From positions 50,592,001 to 50,656,000 of the forward strand of contig OZ024745.1 in NCBI GenBank assembly GCA_964016885.1: a stretch of DNA of 64,000 bases, written 5' to 3'. Made by a program: the position numbers and the translations under genes. This document shows positions 11,546-26,545 of the stretch, one piece after another. The first letter of the stretch is position 1; every line of letters begins with the position of its first letter. This stretch comes from Eledone cirrhosa. Lineage: Eukaryota. The notes under the pieces were generated by a model, which saw only the letters and a list, made by a program, of their open reading frames with translations, ran no database searches and was not told the origin of the DNA.

Positions 11546-13327
11546 GCATAATAAATGTAGCAGCTCCTTTGTTGTGTATCAGTTGCAACAAGAGGCAAGA
11601 GAGTGTGTAAGAACACCCATCCAACCCATGTAAAGTTAATGCAGTTATAACTATTGTTTTTGAATCAGAACCATTCGCTATGAAAATAATAAAACATGAA
11701 GTGGAAACGTTTTCAACTATTTTTCTTTTAATACAGAAAAAGGGATTATCCTTATGTAGCATTTCAAAGAAGCTTGTATCCTCGTCAGAGTATAACTACC
11801 CCTATAATTCTGTGTAAAGAGGAATATTACCATAGCAACCTATATATGACATAAAAGATAAAAAATAGGCAGTTTATTTATCTTAAATTTACCTTAAAAT
11901 CTTCAAATATTAGCATGAATATCTAATTAATTATGTCGCCAATCATGTAAATGAGACAGACGCGTCATGCAAATGAGACAGACAATTTGCGTAGGTATAT
12001 CACTATATGTGTAGATTTTATTTAATATTATATGTATGTATACATGTATACACGTATACATTCATGCATATATGCTCATATACAAATTAGAGAGCGCGCG
12101 CACACACATACATACAAGTATATGAAATTCAAGTATAGAACATTTTCAGACATTAATTATAAATATATACATATGTAGATATATAAATAAATCATGAACA
12201 CACACTAACGTGTTCGTCTGTATTTACATATATATAAAATATATAAATATAAAACCATACAAATATATTCAAATTTATATAAGTACATTAAAAATTCCAT
12301 AAATATATATACAAAAACATCTTAAGTATATATTTTAAATGTATAGAAACTATAAAAAAAGAAACGAAGCATGAAATTATATAATTATATTATTATAATT
12401 AATTCTTATTTCCTAGATGCAATTTGAGATTTTTATATATTTCTTTCAAATGTTAATTAATCGGCACTACTTTAACACTATTTTAAACTAGCCTTAGAGA
12501 TACAAAATAACCTCCAGTCGTAGGTTTTCGATGCCTAGCCTGCTCACTAATCTCGAAGTATCCTTGCAAAAAATGAAGGCACCTTATTAAAATAAAATTG
12601 CAGAAAACCTGAATGCAAATAAATTGTTCAGTGGTTAAATTATGAGCCAGGCTATCATGTGTGTAAAGGACATAAATAATTGGATCATGGGCTGTGAGTT
12701 TGATTTCTGATAGAAAATGTAGCTACTAAAGACTTTCTTCGTTCTTGGTGATACAACCTTGAACTTTGCATAAGCCGATGTAGATGTTATCTAATTTTTA
12801 ACCTCACGCCATACCACAATGATTTCAAAATCTAAACTTTTCTTTTTACCATAACGTCTATTTTTCCATACTACAACATACGCACGACATGCTTTGTATC
12901 AAACCCACCGTTTGCCTAAATTTCCCTGACAGCATTCCAAAGTAAGCATGATAAATTCTCTCTATACATCGACTGAAACCTTGCGAGCGAAACAGTTCGG
13001 AAGTCCGCCCGTAGGATGAATTGTAATTCAACGGTTCAGGCTTGTTACACGGTGTACCATGCTGAGCCTGCTTAAGGTTTATATAAAGGATAGATGTAAC
13101 TGAAATACTTAACTAACTGTTCATTGAATTAGTGTGACTAAGTGGTTAAGTTGACCGAACAGCTGAATACTCATCATTAAAAATTAGCCGTGATCTATTT
13201 CTATAGCTCATATATAGTAAGCACAATTTACATCCTAAAGAGGATGCTTCACAATCATTCATCTTCGGTGAATATAGCCTTGGCTATGAGGCGTTGGTGT
13301 CATCAGATAACAGTATCCACCCCTCCA

Positions 13328-13388
<61 letters not shown>

Positions 13389-13425
13389 AATAATAAATAT
13401 GAAGGCTAAAGAGGGCTCGATAATG

Positions 13426-13529
<104 letters not shown>

Positions 13530-13558
13530 AGTAGTAACACACCAGTTAGTTCACCATA

Positions 13559-13599
13559 CCGAGAACAATTGTTTCACCTTATGCGGATCTTCAGCTCGG
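13559..13599 (-). ncRNA. Minimal hammerhead ribozyme in PLE 3' UTR/pLTR
   Basis: Reverse complement of the motif at 14588-14628. Confidence 0.8.
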
Positions 13600-13783
13600 A
13601 CTGGTACTGGTTATACGGAACAGGAAGAACAACCGTATGAACGCGCATGCGCAGAAACGGTCACTTCACCCAAGAGATACAAAACCACAGGCGAAAGGTG
13701 TAAGGGAGATAACTGTGAATATCCGGAAACCAATGTTCGAGTTGATTAGAAAATTAGAATGTTGTTGTTATTTAATCTGGAGC

Positions 13784-14227
13784 TTAGTAGTTATTCAAGA
13801 GGTGTCTCCAGACGTGTGGACAACGTGAGAAGATTCCATTTCTTGAATTTAGGCAATCGCTATTGCGCAATCTCCTTAGAATATTTATCCTTTCTTCAAT
13901 ACACAGTCCACAAGACTGATTGCCCCTTTCGTATGGCTTGGACTTAGTGATAGCTTTCCATTGAATGGAGTAGTCTATATCTGATTCTTTGAGGGACCAT
14001 ACGTGGCTCGCGAGCTTCGTGGATGATCGTTTGTCCGGGTACCTAAAGGTCGACTGATGGTCCAGAAAGCGTTCCTTAAATCGGCCCTCCGCCATACCCA
14101 CATAGGATTTGACCTCCTGTGGTTGATTTGGTCGGTTGGAAGTGACCACAGCTTCATAAACTACAGCGGGTGTGTTGCATTGCTGTTGAAGGGGACAAGT
14201 TTCAGGCTTTCGGACTACTCCATTCAA
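13784..14227 (-). pseudogene. PLE C-terminal GIY-YIG endonuclease domain (5'-truncated)
   Basis: CPL..C..VVYEA..SYVG..FKERFLDH..LASHVW..CGLCIEE..LNSRNGIFSRCPH; VVY/YVG stand for GIY/YIG with conserved R, H, E, N; the first residues come from the inversion junction. Confidence 0.85.
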
Positions 14228-14587
14228 TGGAAAGCTATCACTAAGTCCAAGCCATACGAAAGGGGCAATCAGTCTTGTGGACTGTGTATTGAAGAAAGGA
14301 TAAATATTCTAAGGAGATTGCGCAATAGCGATTGCCTAAATTCAAGAAATGGAATCTTCTCACGTTGTCCACACGTCTGGAGACACCTCTTGCATAACTA
14401 CAAAGCTCCGGATTAAATAACAACAACATTCTAATTTTTTAATCAACTCGAACATTGGTTTCCGGATATTCACAGTTATCTCCCTTACATCTTTCGCCCG
14501 TGGTTTTGTATCGCTTGGGTGAAGTGACCGTTTCTGCGCATGCGCGTTCATAGGTTGTTCTTCCTGTTCCGTATAACCAGTACCAGT

Positions 14588-14628
14588 CCGAGCTGAAGAT
14601 CCGCATAAGGTGAAACAATTGTTCTCGG
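14588..14628 (+). ncRNA. Minimal hammerhead ribozyme in PLE pLTR
   Basis: ccgag-CTGAAGA-tccgcataaggt-GAA-ACAATTGT-T-ctcgg: 5-bp stem I, palindromic stem III. Confidence 0.8.
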
Positions 14629-14720
14629 TAAGATGAACTAATTGTTGTGTTACTACCAAACTCATCCCATCGACTGAATGCTCTACCACTACGGATATTA
14701 CCTTCCAGTGTTCTACCCCT

Positions 14721-15014
<294 letters not shown>

Positions 15015-15149
15015 TCTCATACGCACCACACGAACACTCATTAGCCGCTATTCGCACCCGCACCACACCCTCTTCCTACTACTAACTCTGTTTCAAACTC
15101 TTCTGACCCAAATCCCATCCTCACCGAACCTACAAACAACCCATGACTT

Positions 15150-16050
15150 GTTGTTACTCTACCATCGACATTCCCCTCTCCAGACCGCAGCGTTCACTCC
15201 TCAGTAGAAGTTTGTATTTCACACCCCTCACATCTTCCGGTGACGAATTTCTGACCCGTTCCGATGTTGAACTGTTCCTACTCCGAACTAAATTGTAAGC
15301 GCATTTTTATGGGAACACTCCAGCTCCGAACAACTTCAGCCGTCTTGACGACCTGGATTAACGACCGTCACACGAGACGCCGCTTCCCCACGGACAATTC
15401 AGAGCTCTAGATACGTTCGTTGACACCTGCCATCCAGCAGTGAATCGGTTCGACTCTCGGAAACGCTTCCAACGGAGCAACATCTCCCAGACAGAAATGA
15501 CCAGCGAGATGATATCATCATCAAACCGCCTGACAAAGGGGGTGCTGCGGTTGTATGGCACGCCGACCTCAACAAAACGGATGTATTACGGTAGCACCGC
15601 CTCCTGTTTTCCGACCCCACTCCTCTCTACCAGCAACAGGACTTCTCTATTCTACATGAACTCATCGCCTCAAACCTACTCCCCCACAGCTACCAAACTT
15701 ATCGTCGTCACGCTCCGCACCTCTATCATATACTTCCTGCCCCAAATCCATAAACCGGACACCCCAAGCCACCCCATCGTTTCAGCGTGCAATTCTCCAA
15801 TTGAATTGGTTTCAGCTTTCCTGGACTCCATCCTTGAACCCCTGGTAGTCACCCTGCCATCCCACATCTCCAAAACCAACTATGTCCTCCACCTCTTTGA
15901 CTCCTTCATCTTCCAATCTGGCCTACCACCCTTTCTCTTCACATTCGATATCAAGTTCCTCTATACTGTCACGCACCCCACCAAGGGCCTCATGCCTCTC
16001 CAACATCGCCCATCGCCTTAGCCTTCCACCTCCACCATTATCTGCTTGGT
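15150..16050 (+). pseudogene. Penelope-like reverse transcriptase N-terminal fragment
   Basis: DDIIIKPPDKGGAAVVW (DKG motif), YFLPQIHKPDTPSHPIVSACNSP, FTFDIKFLYT; multiple frameshifts. Confidence 0.85.
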
Positions 16051-16388
16051 CGAGAATTTGAACTATCAGTCCCTAACCAAGTAAACCGGTACACACCCTC
16101 TCGTTATTTTTGCTTCTTATCAAATATACTAGAGAATATCTTAATTTGGAATTATGTTAAATTATTTTAAGGGTCATTAATTAAGCAATTGCTACTTTGC
16201 ACTATTCACTTCAAAGTTTCTCATTTCGGTTGATTCTCACACTAGAAACTTTGGAACTAAACATGTTTGCACAAATGAGTGACATGTAACGACACATTGG
16301 TCTCTCTGAGTGTTTGCATGGAAGTCTGTATGTATACATATTTGCTAGCATATATACATGCATATATAAATAAATAAATACATGTATG

Positions 16389-16422
<34 letters not shown>

Positions 16423-16590
16423 TGTATGTATGTATGTATGTATGTATGTATGTATGTATGTATGTATGTATGTGTGTAAGTATGTGTATATGTGTGAGCG
16501 TATATGTATGTGTGTGAATGTGGTAGGTGGACTCCTCTCATATGGCTAAGAAAATAAATCCCTATAAGGTGTGTATTACACTGAAAGAAT

Positions 16591-16678
<88 letters not shown>

Positions 16679-16815
16679 AAAGAACGATGATTTATGAGAC
16701 AACACGAAAAGCTTGCATGGTCTACCGACGGTAGACTTAGTGATTCGTTCTCAATGCTGATTATCTTACTATATCTACTAACTAAATGAAATAACACACA
16801 TATATATATACACAC

Positions 16816-16846
<31 letters not shown>

Positions 16847-17429
16847 TGTATGTATGTATGTATGTATGTATGTATGTATGTATGTATGTATGTATGTACT
16901 TATTTACGTATGTATATATATATATATATGTATGTACTTATTTGTGTATGTATATACATGTATGTATGTATATATGAATGGTTGGATGGGGTGGGGGGAT
17001 GATATATCTATATGTACTTCTTCGCAGATGGGTTCTTTGGTTTCGCATTTTCGACAGGCAATGAAGCAGCATCGTGGAACTCGAAGTCGCGATTCTTAGA
17101 CATATTACTGTGAATAAAATTAATTTCACTTTATTTAACAATATTAGCTCTTTCGCTAAATTCTATGCACTAACATATATCCATATATATAAAATATGGG
17201 TGTGTATGTGTATGTATGCAGACACGCATATGAAGACATTCTTTTAACCCCGCCACACACATCTGTGAATCTTATTCCAGTTTTTCTTGGCTTTTAATAT
17301 TTATACTTAAAACACTGGCATTGAAATATTTGAAGTAATACGCCAACAACATCGAGATGTTACGAATCTACATTCTTCTGTGGTTAAGAAGTTCACTGTC
17401 TCATGCTGAATTACTCTGAGAATTATGTT

Positions 17430-18290
17430 AAGTGTACAAGAGTTTATGGAATACTCAGCCCCTTGCACGTTCATTTTATGTGCCGGCTGGTCCGTTGATC
17501 GAACAACTGGAGCACTCGTCGTCGAAACAGACTGAGGTCCAGTCTGGTTTCCATTCATTTATCCCTTAACTTCGACCCCCAAACAGTATTCAGATACAAC
17601 TAGAGACTTCATGTTAAATTAACATTAACTCTTCAAAAACATCCCCAAGTACAACCATAGCAATCTTGTCCCCTTCAACGGCACACACACACACACACAC
17701 ACACATACACACACAAACACACACACACACACGCACGCACACACACACACACACAGACACACACATACAAACACACACGCGATCATTAAGCATAACAACA
17801 TTGTCTTTTCCCCTTCGGTGGACATAGCCTTGGCCAGCAGGTGCTGATGTCACCCAGCCGTGTCCTTAAACATCAATAGCACGCAACTAGAATTACAAAT
17901 GCGAAGTCTCACCATAATTGAGGATTCTATCCAGTGAAAGAAAGTACATCCTTGACATAGTCAAAATTGCACCAGAAACACTGGCCATCCACTTTAGAGT
18001 CAAAGACTAGCAAGCAATTCGTCTGCTGTGTGTGTGTGTGTTATTGGATCTCTGTCGGTTCTGACAACTAGTTTCCCAGTTGATTCGATCAACTGAACAG
18101 CCTGCTCGGGAATAACCTGCAAGTGGCTGAATATTCCACAAACACGTACACCGTTAATGTAATTCTCAGGGAGGAAGATTCAGCCAATTGAATGTCAACA
18201 AAATTCAGGTGAGACCCATACTGAAGTAATACATCAAAATCAAAAACGCAGCCTACTAAGGCTGTATCCAAGGAAAGGCGAGTCAACTGA
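17430..18290. mobile_element. Cluster of old SINE fragments in both orientations
   Basis: tactcagcc..gttgatcgaacaac (17450) is related to the reverse of gttgattcgatcaactgaacagcctgctcg..gtggctgaata (18080) and to 42330-42410. Confidence 0.5.
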
Positions 18291-18533
18291 TTTGCATAAA
18301 GTCACTCACCAATGGACTACTGCTTCTGGCTCACAGAAATACTGCTACATCTCGGTCGTTTCTACCGCTAGTACAGTGGTCTCATTTCATCGGAGCTTGC
18401 TGGGCATTTTTTTTTACTGCCACAACGCAGTTTAATTAAAACAATAGGTGAATAAATGAGGCAAATAATCGCAGGACACATTACACACACACACACGCAC
18501 GCACGCACGCGCACACACACACACACACACGCG

Positions 18534-18580
<47 letters not shown>

Positions 18581-18716
18581 GTCTGTGTGTGCGTGTGTGT
18601 GTGTGTAATATACAACCATATAATTACTTTCTACTTGGGTTAAATTTATATTCATGTATACTCATACATATATATATATACATATATATACATAAATACA
18701 TACACATATACCCGTC

Positions 18717-18773
<57 letters not shown>

Positions 18774-19200
18774 GACATTTTTGGTTGGTAATGGAATTTG
18801 CTCTTTGCCCATACGTCAAGACAAAGACAGAGTGAGAAAGCGAGGTACATAAGCTATAAAGTACGACAGAATGATGTATTTCTCTTCTCATTCCCTTTAC
18901 TTTAATATTTCCCCCTTCACACCTTTTATCTTTCTATCATACACATAAATCTATTTACAACTGGTGTTTATTTCTCGTTTCCCTCTCCCTTAAAGCAAAC
19001 AGAATTAGGATAGGCGTTGACAACAATAACAACGAAAACAACAACTCTGTAGACAGGTTAGAGGACAACAAAGGCGCTGGACAATACCAACAACAACGTC
19101 AGTTTATATATATATATATGATGATTTCTCCCGAATGAAACAGTTCTAGTCCTGTAGAAGCCATTTCTATATTAAATATTTATACTCTACTATGTATTGA

Positions 19201-19418
19201 AGGCGTGTGGCTGAGTGGTTAGAGTATTGGATTCACAATCGTGAGGTTGTGAGTTCGATTCCTGAACCAGGCGATGCGTTATGTCCTTGAGCAAGACACT
19301 TTATTTCACGTTGCTCCTTCTACCTGGAGTTGCGACCGATAGATAGTATTAGCAATTGGAAAGACCAACGGAAACATAGTTTCCTCGGTCCGATTTGACG
19401 AAAGTCGATCGACTAGAA
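19201..19418 (+). mobile_element. tRNA-derived SINE (S2) with 12-bp TSD
   Basis: ggcgtgtggctgagtggttagag..gagttcgattcc; TSD actatgtattga; absent from the mirror arm. Confidence 0.9.
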
Positions 19419-19546
19419 CTATGTATTGAGTACCTTACTTACTGATTGAACTCGTAATAAACTTATATATATATATATATATATGTATATTTCGTTTCTG
19501 AATTTGTTTAGCAAGATTCTTTATCTGAAAACGTGTGTTGAAACCG

Positions 19547-19956
19547 ATATTGTTATACTTTGGGAGGGTCATGTTGCCAATAAGAAACACACGCACCAGT
19601 TGCTTTCACTTCAATTTATTATAATACATTTATAAATTTAGGAATTTATAAATTTCCGGTTGGTTGGTTGGTTCCACAATCAGATGGTTGTTTATATATT
19701 GTCAAAGTTCTTTCGTCACACATTCTGTGACCTCTTCAGTGACTGGGGATTCTTTTCTTTGTTTTTGTGCCTCTCCTTTGTTCTGTCCTACGCCATCTTG
19801 TTTCTGAAACCATATATAAACAACCATCTGGTTGTAGAACCAACCAACCAACCGGAAATTTATAAATTCCTAAATTTATAAATTTATTATAATAAATTGA
19901 AGTGAAAGCATTTGGTGCGTGTGTTTCTTATTGGCAACATGACCCTCCCAAAGTAT

Positions 19957-19964
<8 letters not shown>
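19547..19964. repeat. Fold-back element, ~150-bp arms with an HHR in the spacer
   Basis: 19547-19699 versus 19812-19964 are inverted; same family at 23560-23895. Confidence 0.9.
19701..19743 (-). ncRNA. Minimal hammerhead ribozyme
   Basis: Minus strand gtca-CTGAAGA-g-gtcac(agaatgt)gtgac-GAA-AGAACT-T-tgac. Confidence 0.7.
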
Positions 19965-19995
<31 letters not shown>

Positions 19996-20538
19996 TAAAT
20001 TTAGCGAGAATCGCATTTCGGCGGGTAGAAATAAGCGAAACGCAACTTCCGTATTGTGTAGACAAGCGGTCCATGGATATGAAGATACCAGAGCTATAAA
20101 CATAATTTAAAAAGGTCATACAAACTGAGTCGATGGTTAAGAAGCCATTAATCACCAGAGCCAAAAAAGTGAACAAGCTAAACGGGTCAAACAAAATAAG
20201 ATATGATTGAAATAGTTACCCGGACCCTCGGGGAAGATGGAATACTCCGAATTTGGGTTTCTGCAACACCTAAATCAATAATACTGTCTGGTTATAAAAA
20301 ATAAGCTTTTGGTATAATGATCGAACAAGGCATCGCTTTCTCAACAGGCACTTTGTTCTTCATGGGCCAGAATCTCACAGGTTATGAAAGCACATGTGAG
20401 GTTCTAAGGGGAGAAAACCCCTATTTTGGCCAGTGAATTCAGCGTGTGTAGTTATTGCAAAAATTTACAAAAATAGCACAAAACGAATTAAGCTCTCGAC
20501 TGAGTTGTTTTTAAAATAAACTTAAGCGATTAATCAGT

Positions 20539-20589
<51 letters not shown>

Positions 20590-21077
20590 TTTATTACGGG
20601 TTCAATCGGGGGTAACCACAGTAAGTAAGGTACTCAATACATAGTAGAGTATAAATATTTAATATAGAAATGGCTTCTACAGGACTAGAACTGTTTCATT
20701 CGGGAGAAATCATCATATATATATATATATAAACTGACGTTGTTGTTGGTATTGTCCAGCGCCTTTGTTGTCCTCTAACCTGTCTACAGAGTTGTTGTTT
20801 TCGTTGTTATTGTTGTCAACGCCTATCCTAATTCTGTTTGCTTTAAGGGAGAGGGAAACGAGAAATAAACACCAGTTGTAAATAGATTTATGTGTATGAT
20901 AGAAAGATAAAAGGTGTGAAGGGGGAAATATTAAAGTAAAGGGAATGAGAAGAGAAATACATCATTCTGTCGTACTTTATAGCTTATGTACCTCGCTTTC
21001 TCACTCTGTCTTTGTCTTGACGTATGGGCAAAGAGCAAATTCCATTACCAACCAAAAATGTCATATATATATATATG

Positions 21078-21177
<100 letters not shown>

Positions 21178-21266
21178 GGGACGTGTATATGTGTATGTAT
21201 TTATGTATATATATGTATATATATATATATGAAATTTATGTATATATATGTGTATATATATGAAAT

Positions 21267-21357
<91 letters not shown>

Positions 21358-22962
21358 TAAATAGATAAATAGATATAGTGTTTCTCTAAAGAAACTTTAG
21401 CAAAATTTGAAACGGAGATGTCGATAATAATAAGCGACACTAAGAAAATCGGTAAACCTGGTGACAGAATGAAGTGAAGAGAGGCATCAGCAAGGAAACA
21501 AACCAAACATCTCTCCGAGGTCAGGCGAGTGCGTTAACCACTACACTAAAGAGCCGCTAGTCATCAATTCCGTTTTTTTAAAAAAAGATTTTGCGCATGT
21601 AGTTTGAAGCATCAGAAAACCATTAAAACTTAAAATGTGTACCTAGGCACCACTTTTTTTCCGTCGTCAGCTGCACTTTACCCGAATTTTTCAACTATTA
21701 TTCATAGTGATCGATTATTATTATGGTCATTTGCGTTTGGACGTATACTTTTCATATTTATATATATATTACATAAGCTGGGACAAGACCGCAAGGAGGG
21801 CGTGTTTTTCATGTATAATAGATAAAGTAACGGATAGGTTTATGTAAAGTATGTGCGCCTGTGTGTGAGTGTGTGTATATTTGCATGTGCAGTTTTACGA
21901 ATAACATTCTCACAGATGCATCGTGTGCAGTGTTTTCTGGGAAAGCTTGTCGGTTATAAACCAAAATTGGTGCTCTTGTAAATGGCGGTGGTCGACCAAC
22001 ACTTGCAGCTAAATAATATGCGGCGTTATTAATCGTGCAATAACCTCCTTTTTAAGAATAACTTCAAACATGGCGGTGAGCGACTGAAGTGGTTATGAAG
22101 CAATACATTATCACATCAAACTCTAATTTGGCGGCAATTAGAAACAAAATACTTCTTAAGTTGAGATGATATACGCTACACACACACACATACACACATA
22201 TATATGTATGTATATGTATATACATACATACATTTGTATTTGCATATATATATAATCATCATGGCTTAGTTACGCTAACGAAGATTTATGATGGCGCCTG
22301 CTCACGTCAATTCGTCCGCAACGGCTGTAAGGGAAATTCTATTCCGAGCTTGATGTTGTGTCATCTTTCTTCCCCTGGCTTTCTTTGTTTTCAACATCAG
22401 CCCTTCAAGTATTCTTGAAAGAGGAAGCAGACTAGTGGACTGTGTGTCACCGGGTCACATCAGACAACTGCCACGCTAGAATGGATTTCTTCAGAGAATC
22501 CTTGCACCCTTTTTTTATGCCCCTCTGTTGCAGTGGCCGATGTAGAGTTCGACAAACAGCGCAACCTAGAACAAATGAGAATTCGCCAATCGCAAAATAT
22601 ATATGCACACATACACATATATGTGAAACTAGTTGTGTATATGTGTGTACATGTCTTAATATATTTTTATCGGTATCTTCTAACTCGTCCACATTTGATT
22701 GCTGTTACAATCAGGAGAGCTGGTCAAAATTAGGCCTTGAAATATAAGGTACCGCTTTTTTTCAGTGTATAAACATTATTAAATATAATATATCATCTCT
22801 CGTCCCTGATTGAACACTGTTTTCATTTTTCCCTATTCACTCCCATCGATATTTTACTACGCACATACACACATACATATATGTATAATGTATATATATA
22901 AAGTAAAACCCCGCCCTCACCTCGAGTCTTCCTTTATTTATACTGTCTGCTATTGAAACGTT

Positions 22963-23017
22963 AGTTCTTGTCTGATGAACCTGTGATAAACAGGCAAAAC
23001 TACAGAGTAACAAAACT
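22963..23017 (+). ncRNA. Degenerate hammerhead (G12A)
   Basis: agttcttgt-CTGATGA-a-cctgt(gataa)acagg-c-AAAAC(tacaga)GT-A-acaaaact; GAAA is mutated to AAAA. Confidence 0.55.
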
Positions 23018-23136
23018 CACTCTTTGTTCATTGACAGGAAACGTCTTCATGAATCAATGAATCGTCTTCCTGTTTTCCTTCGGTTATAACGTTTTTCGAA
23101 ATATTTCCTTCTGCGCCCACAGATTGATTTTTTTTA

Positions 23137-23185
23137 GTTTCAGAAGATCCCGTTAAGGGTGAAAGCAGCGATTTTTTGCTTAAAC
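23137..23185 (+). ncRNA. Hammerhead-fold motif with CAGANGA (U4A) core (also 38387-38435, 39643-39691, 51315-51363 on the minus strand; partial ~10990-11027)
   Basis: gttt-CAGAAGA-t-ccc(gttaa)ggg-t-GAA-AGCA(loop)TGCT-T-aaac; stems conserved, N7 and loops vary between copies. Confidence 0.65.
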
Positions 23186-23224
23186 TTTAATCTATTCTTA
23201 TAATAAATAATTTGCTCTACGGGT

Positions 23225-23315
<91 letters not shown>

Positions 23316-23329
23316 TATATATATATACA

Positions 23330-23456
<127 letters not shown>

Positions 23457-23559
23457 TATATATATAAATCCTTATCGAGCCCTCTTTGGATTTTAGTCTT
23501 CACATTTATTATTACTATATATATATGAGCAAAAGGGATATATATATATATATAAATAT

Positions 23560-23895
23560 ATATTTCGTTTCTGAATTTGTTTAGCAAGATTCTTTATCTG
23601 AAATCGTGTGTTGAAACCGATATTGTTATACTTTGGGAGGGTCATGTTGCCAATAAGAAACACACGCACCAGTTGCTTTCACTTCAATTTAATTTAATAT
23701 ATATTTATAAATTTACAAATTTATAAATTTCTGGTTGGTTGGTTGGTTCCACAACCAGATGTTGTGGAACCAACCAACCAACCAGAAATTTATAAATTTG
23801 TAAATTTATAAATATATATTAAATTAAATTGAAGTGAAAGCAACTGGTGCGTGTGTTCTTATTGGCAACATGACCCTCCCAAAGTATAACAATAT
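23560..23895. repeat. Near-perfect palindrome of the 19547 family, spacer and HHR absent
   Basis: Arms 23620-23756 and 23761-23895; TA-flanked. Confidence 0.9.
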
Positions 23896-24408
23896 AAATA
23901 TATACATATATATATATATATAGAGAGAGAGACATAACGTAAAATAACCGCTAACTTACTTGATATAGTAAGTGAAATAATGTTGTTTAATTAAAATTGT
24001 ATTATACGTATCTGAAATGTATAATGTGGGCCTGTTCTTCAGCAGCACAGCGACAACCCCTGATTGTTTCTGAATTATTAGACCTCACCAGTGATGATTG
24101 CACGAAAACTTTAGTCAGTTTTTATATAAATATAAAAACCTTAATTATTGCCTTACATATTAAAATAAACAGTTTTAGATCACATAACCAGGGAAGACTC
24201 CAGGCGGTTAGGTATCAGAAGGGTTAATATAAAAATATATAGATATGACGAACACATACACATATTCGTGTTTATAAATGCACGTCTTCATCACCTTTCA
24301 CTTGATAAAAGTGAAAATGATAAGAGTCGTTTTCCGTTGGAAAGGTCATACTGGTGCACATATATTTCTGTGTATTGTGATATATCTCTGAGGAGAAGAG
24401 AGAGAGAT

Positions 24409-24445
<37 letters not shown>

Positions 24446-24560
24446 ATTGGGACTGGTTTGGATAGATCGAAGACGATTTCTGACTTGGGGAATTTCTGTA
24501 CGTACTAAAGAGACAGCTAGATTGGTTATCAAGACCTAAAGAGTGGTTTCATGCACATAA

Positions 24561-24630
<70 letters not shown>

Positions 24631-24645
24631 GAGAGAGAGAGAGAG

Positions 24646-24709
<64 letters not shown>

Positions 24710-26074
24710 AGTTTGTGAGTGTGTGTGTGTAGTTAGAAACAATAGATTTATATTATTAATACACAGAAGGAGGCGTCACAGATATAAATGAACTCTGAGA
24801 TATACCAGAATTAATAGCTGGTCTGTACACACTGTGGTGTAGCGGTCTGACAAGAAACTTCCGTTCCAAATATAATTGTAGTGAAATAGTTTTGAGCGGA
24901 AATTCAAACTGATTCGCAATATGAGTTTGTTGGGAATTCAGCACTTGCCCTAGCTTGATCGCCATTACACATTAGAATATGGAATAACGAACAAAACTGG
25001 AATTATCTATGAGATTTCTCGACCAGCTAAAATAGTCAAACACTTTTCAAATTACACATTGTCGTTTCGAAAAATAAAAGATGACTAATGGTCATGGATG
25101 GAACGCCTTCGGTCATAGGTTTTCTAAGACACAGCTAACCAAGGTGTAAACAACAGCAACAATAGGTATTTCTTTTTCACTAATCTGAGAAGGTTTTGAT
25201 GTAGGTGTTAGTAGAAGTGTGGGGGGGGGGGGGGGGCTAAGAAGAGTGAAGGTCATATCTTCCTCATGATAATTAGAAATGAAGTTGAAGTGAAATAACC
25301 TCATCTGGGAATTGAAAATGCACATGCAGCTTACTTCACACCTTTTACTGTATTTGAACTATTTTGGAACTATTTGTACAATGGAACTATTTTGTACAAA
25401 TCACCAGCATAGTCAATTGACTGAAATCAATATTTTACTTTTATTTTATTGATTAAAAAAAAAGAAATAAAAATGAAAGATTTGATGAACAGGATTTGTT
25501 TTTTGGCTCTAAATCATCCACGGTCGAAAGACATTCCAGCCTCGACTATTCAGTTTTGTTAAGGATAGGATTATAATGTGCAATATATCTTCATTGTTCA
25601 AAGCAGTGAAAGAGATTTGATGTAAGTTTGGTTGCTAATTCTAGTCAACCAAGTGACGTCGCAAATCTTCCCTCGCTGGTTCATGGAGAGACATGATACT
25701 TAGAGAACAACAACGACATCAAGGAACTTAAAGATATCCAATGTTTAATAAAATAATATATAACTAGTCAGATAAGTATGTTCTTAAGAATCTTATGCAC
25801 ACAAACGCACACTCACACACACATATATATATATAGTATGGTGGTATATATAGCCATTCGCTCATAGTATTATTCTGAAATGGACATACTAATTTGTACA
25901 TATACCCATAAAATACGCTTCCTCGTGGTTGATTGGGTGATATATACGTCTTCTGGTGAAGGTCCTATCAGATTCAAAAATCGATTGAAGATGTTTCCCC
26001 ATTTTTTTTTTTCAATTTACAGGGAAGTTCATGTCTACATGCCTACATATATATACTGTTTCAAAACATACTTA

Positions 26075-26124
<50 letters not shown>

Positions 26125-26494
26125 ATACACGTTGATGCAGTTTTGGTTACACACTCTGTATTTATCTAGTTATCTAGGTATAACTTTGTATATATATATG
26201 GATAAAAATATAGATTTCTGCACTGTGATATATATATCATATATATCATATATATCATATTTCACTCGTACATACCATACAAATAATTAACTATATGTAC
26301 ATATATATATATAACGAAGGAAATGTGGTAAGGAAGCAGGTGGACCATAACGCACCAAAGTACTCAATACTTAGGGTAGTAGAGTGGGTAATAGGAACGA
26401 GTAGGACCCCGACGGCTGAGCTCAAGCCGTAATTCTGGACTCCAGAATTAGCCATCGAAACGGGTTGAGCTAAGCCGTCGGGGTCCTACTCGTT

Positions 26495-26542
<48 letters not shown>

Positions 26543-26545
<3 letters not shown>

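Larger units (their letters stand above)
13532..14657. mobile_element. Penelope-like element 3' fragment in fold-back (inverted pLTR) form
   Basis: ~444-bp inverted arms 13532-13975 and 14213-14657 around a unique core; encodes a GIY-YIG domain; HHR near each outer end; long (TA)n on the left. Confidence 0.9.

Noticed and set aside
11700-11830. Possible host exon after a polypyrimidine/AG
   Set aside because: No convincing donor or recognisable coding sequence
14057-14416. 119-aa plus-strand ORF as a separate gene
   Set aside because: Chimera of antisense EN sequence and the inverted duplicate of the EN C-terminus
21510-21558. tRNA gene on the minus strand
   Set aside because: Only a 5' half (A-box, D-arm) is visible, with no T-arm or acceptor pairing; probably a SINE head relic
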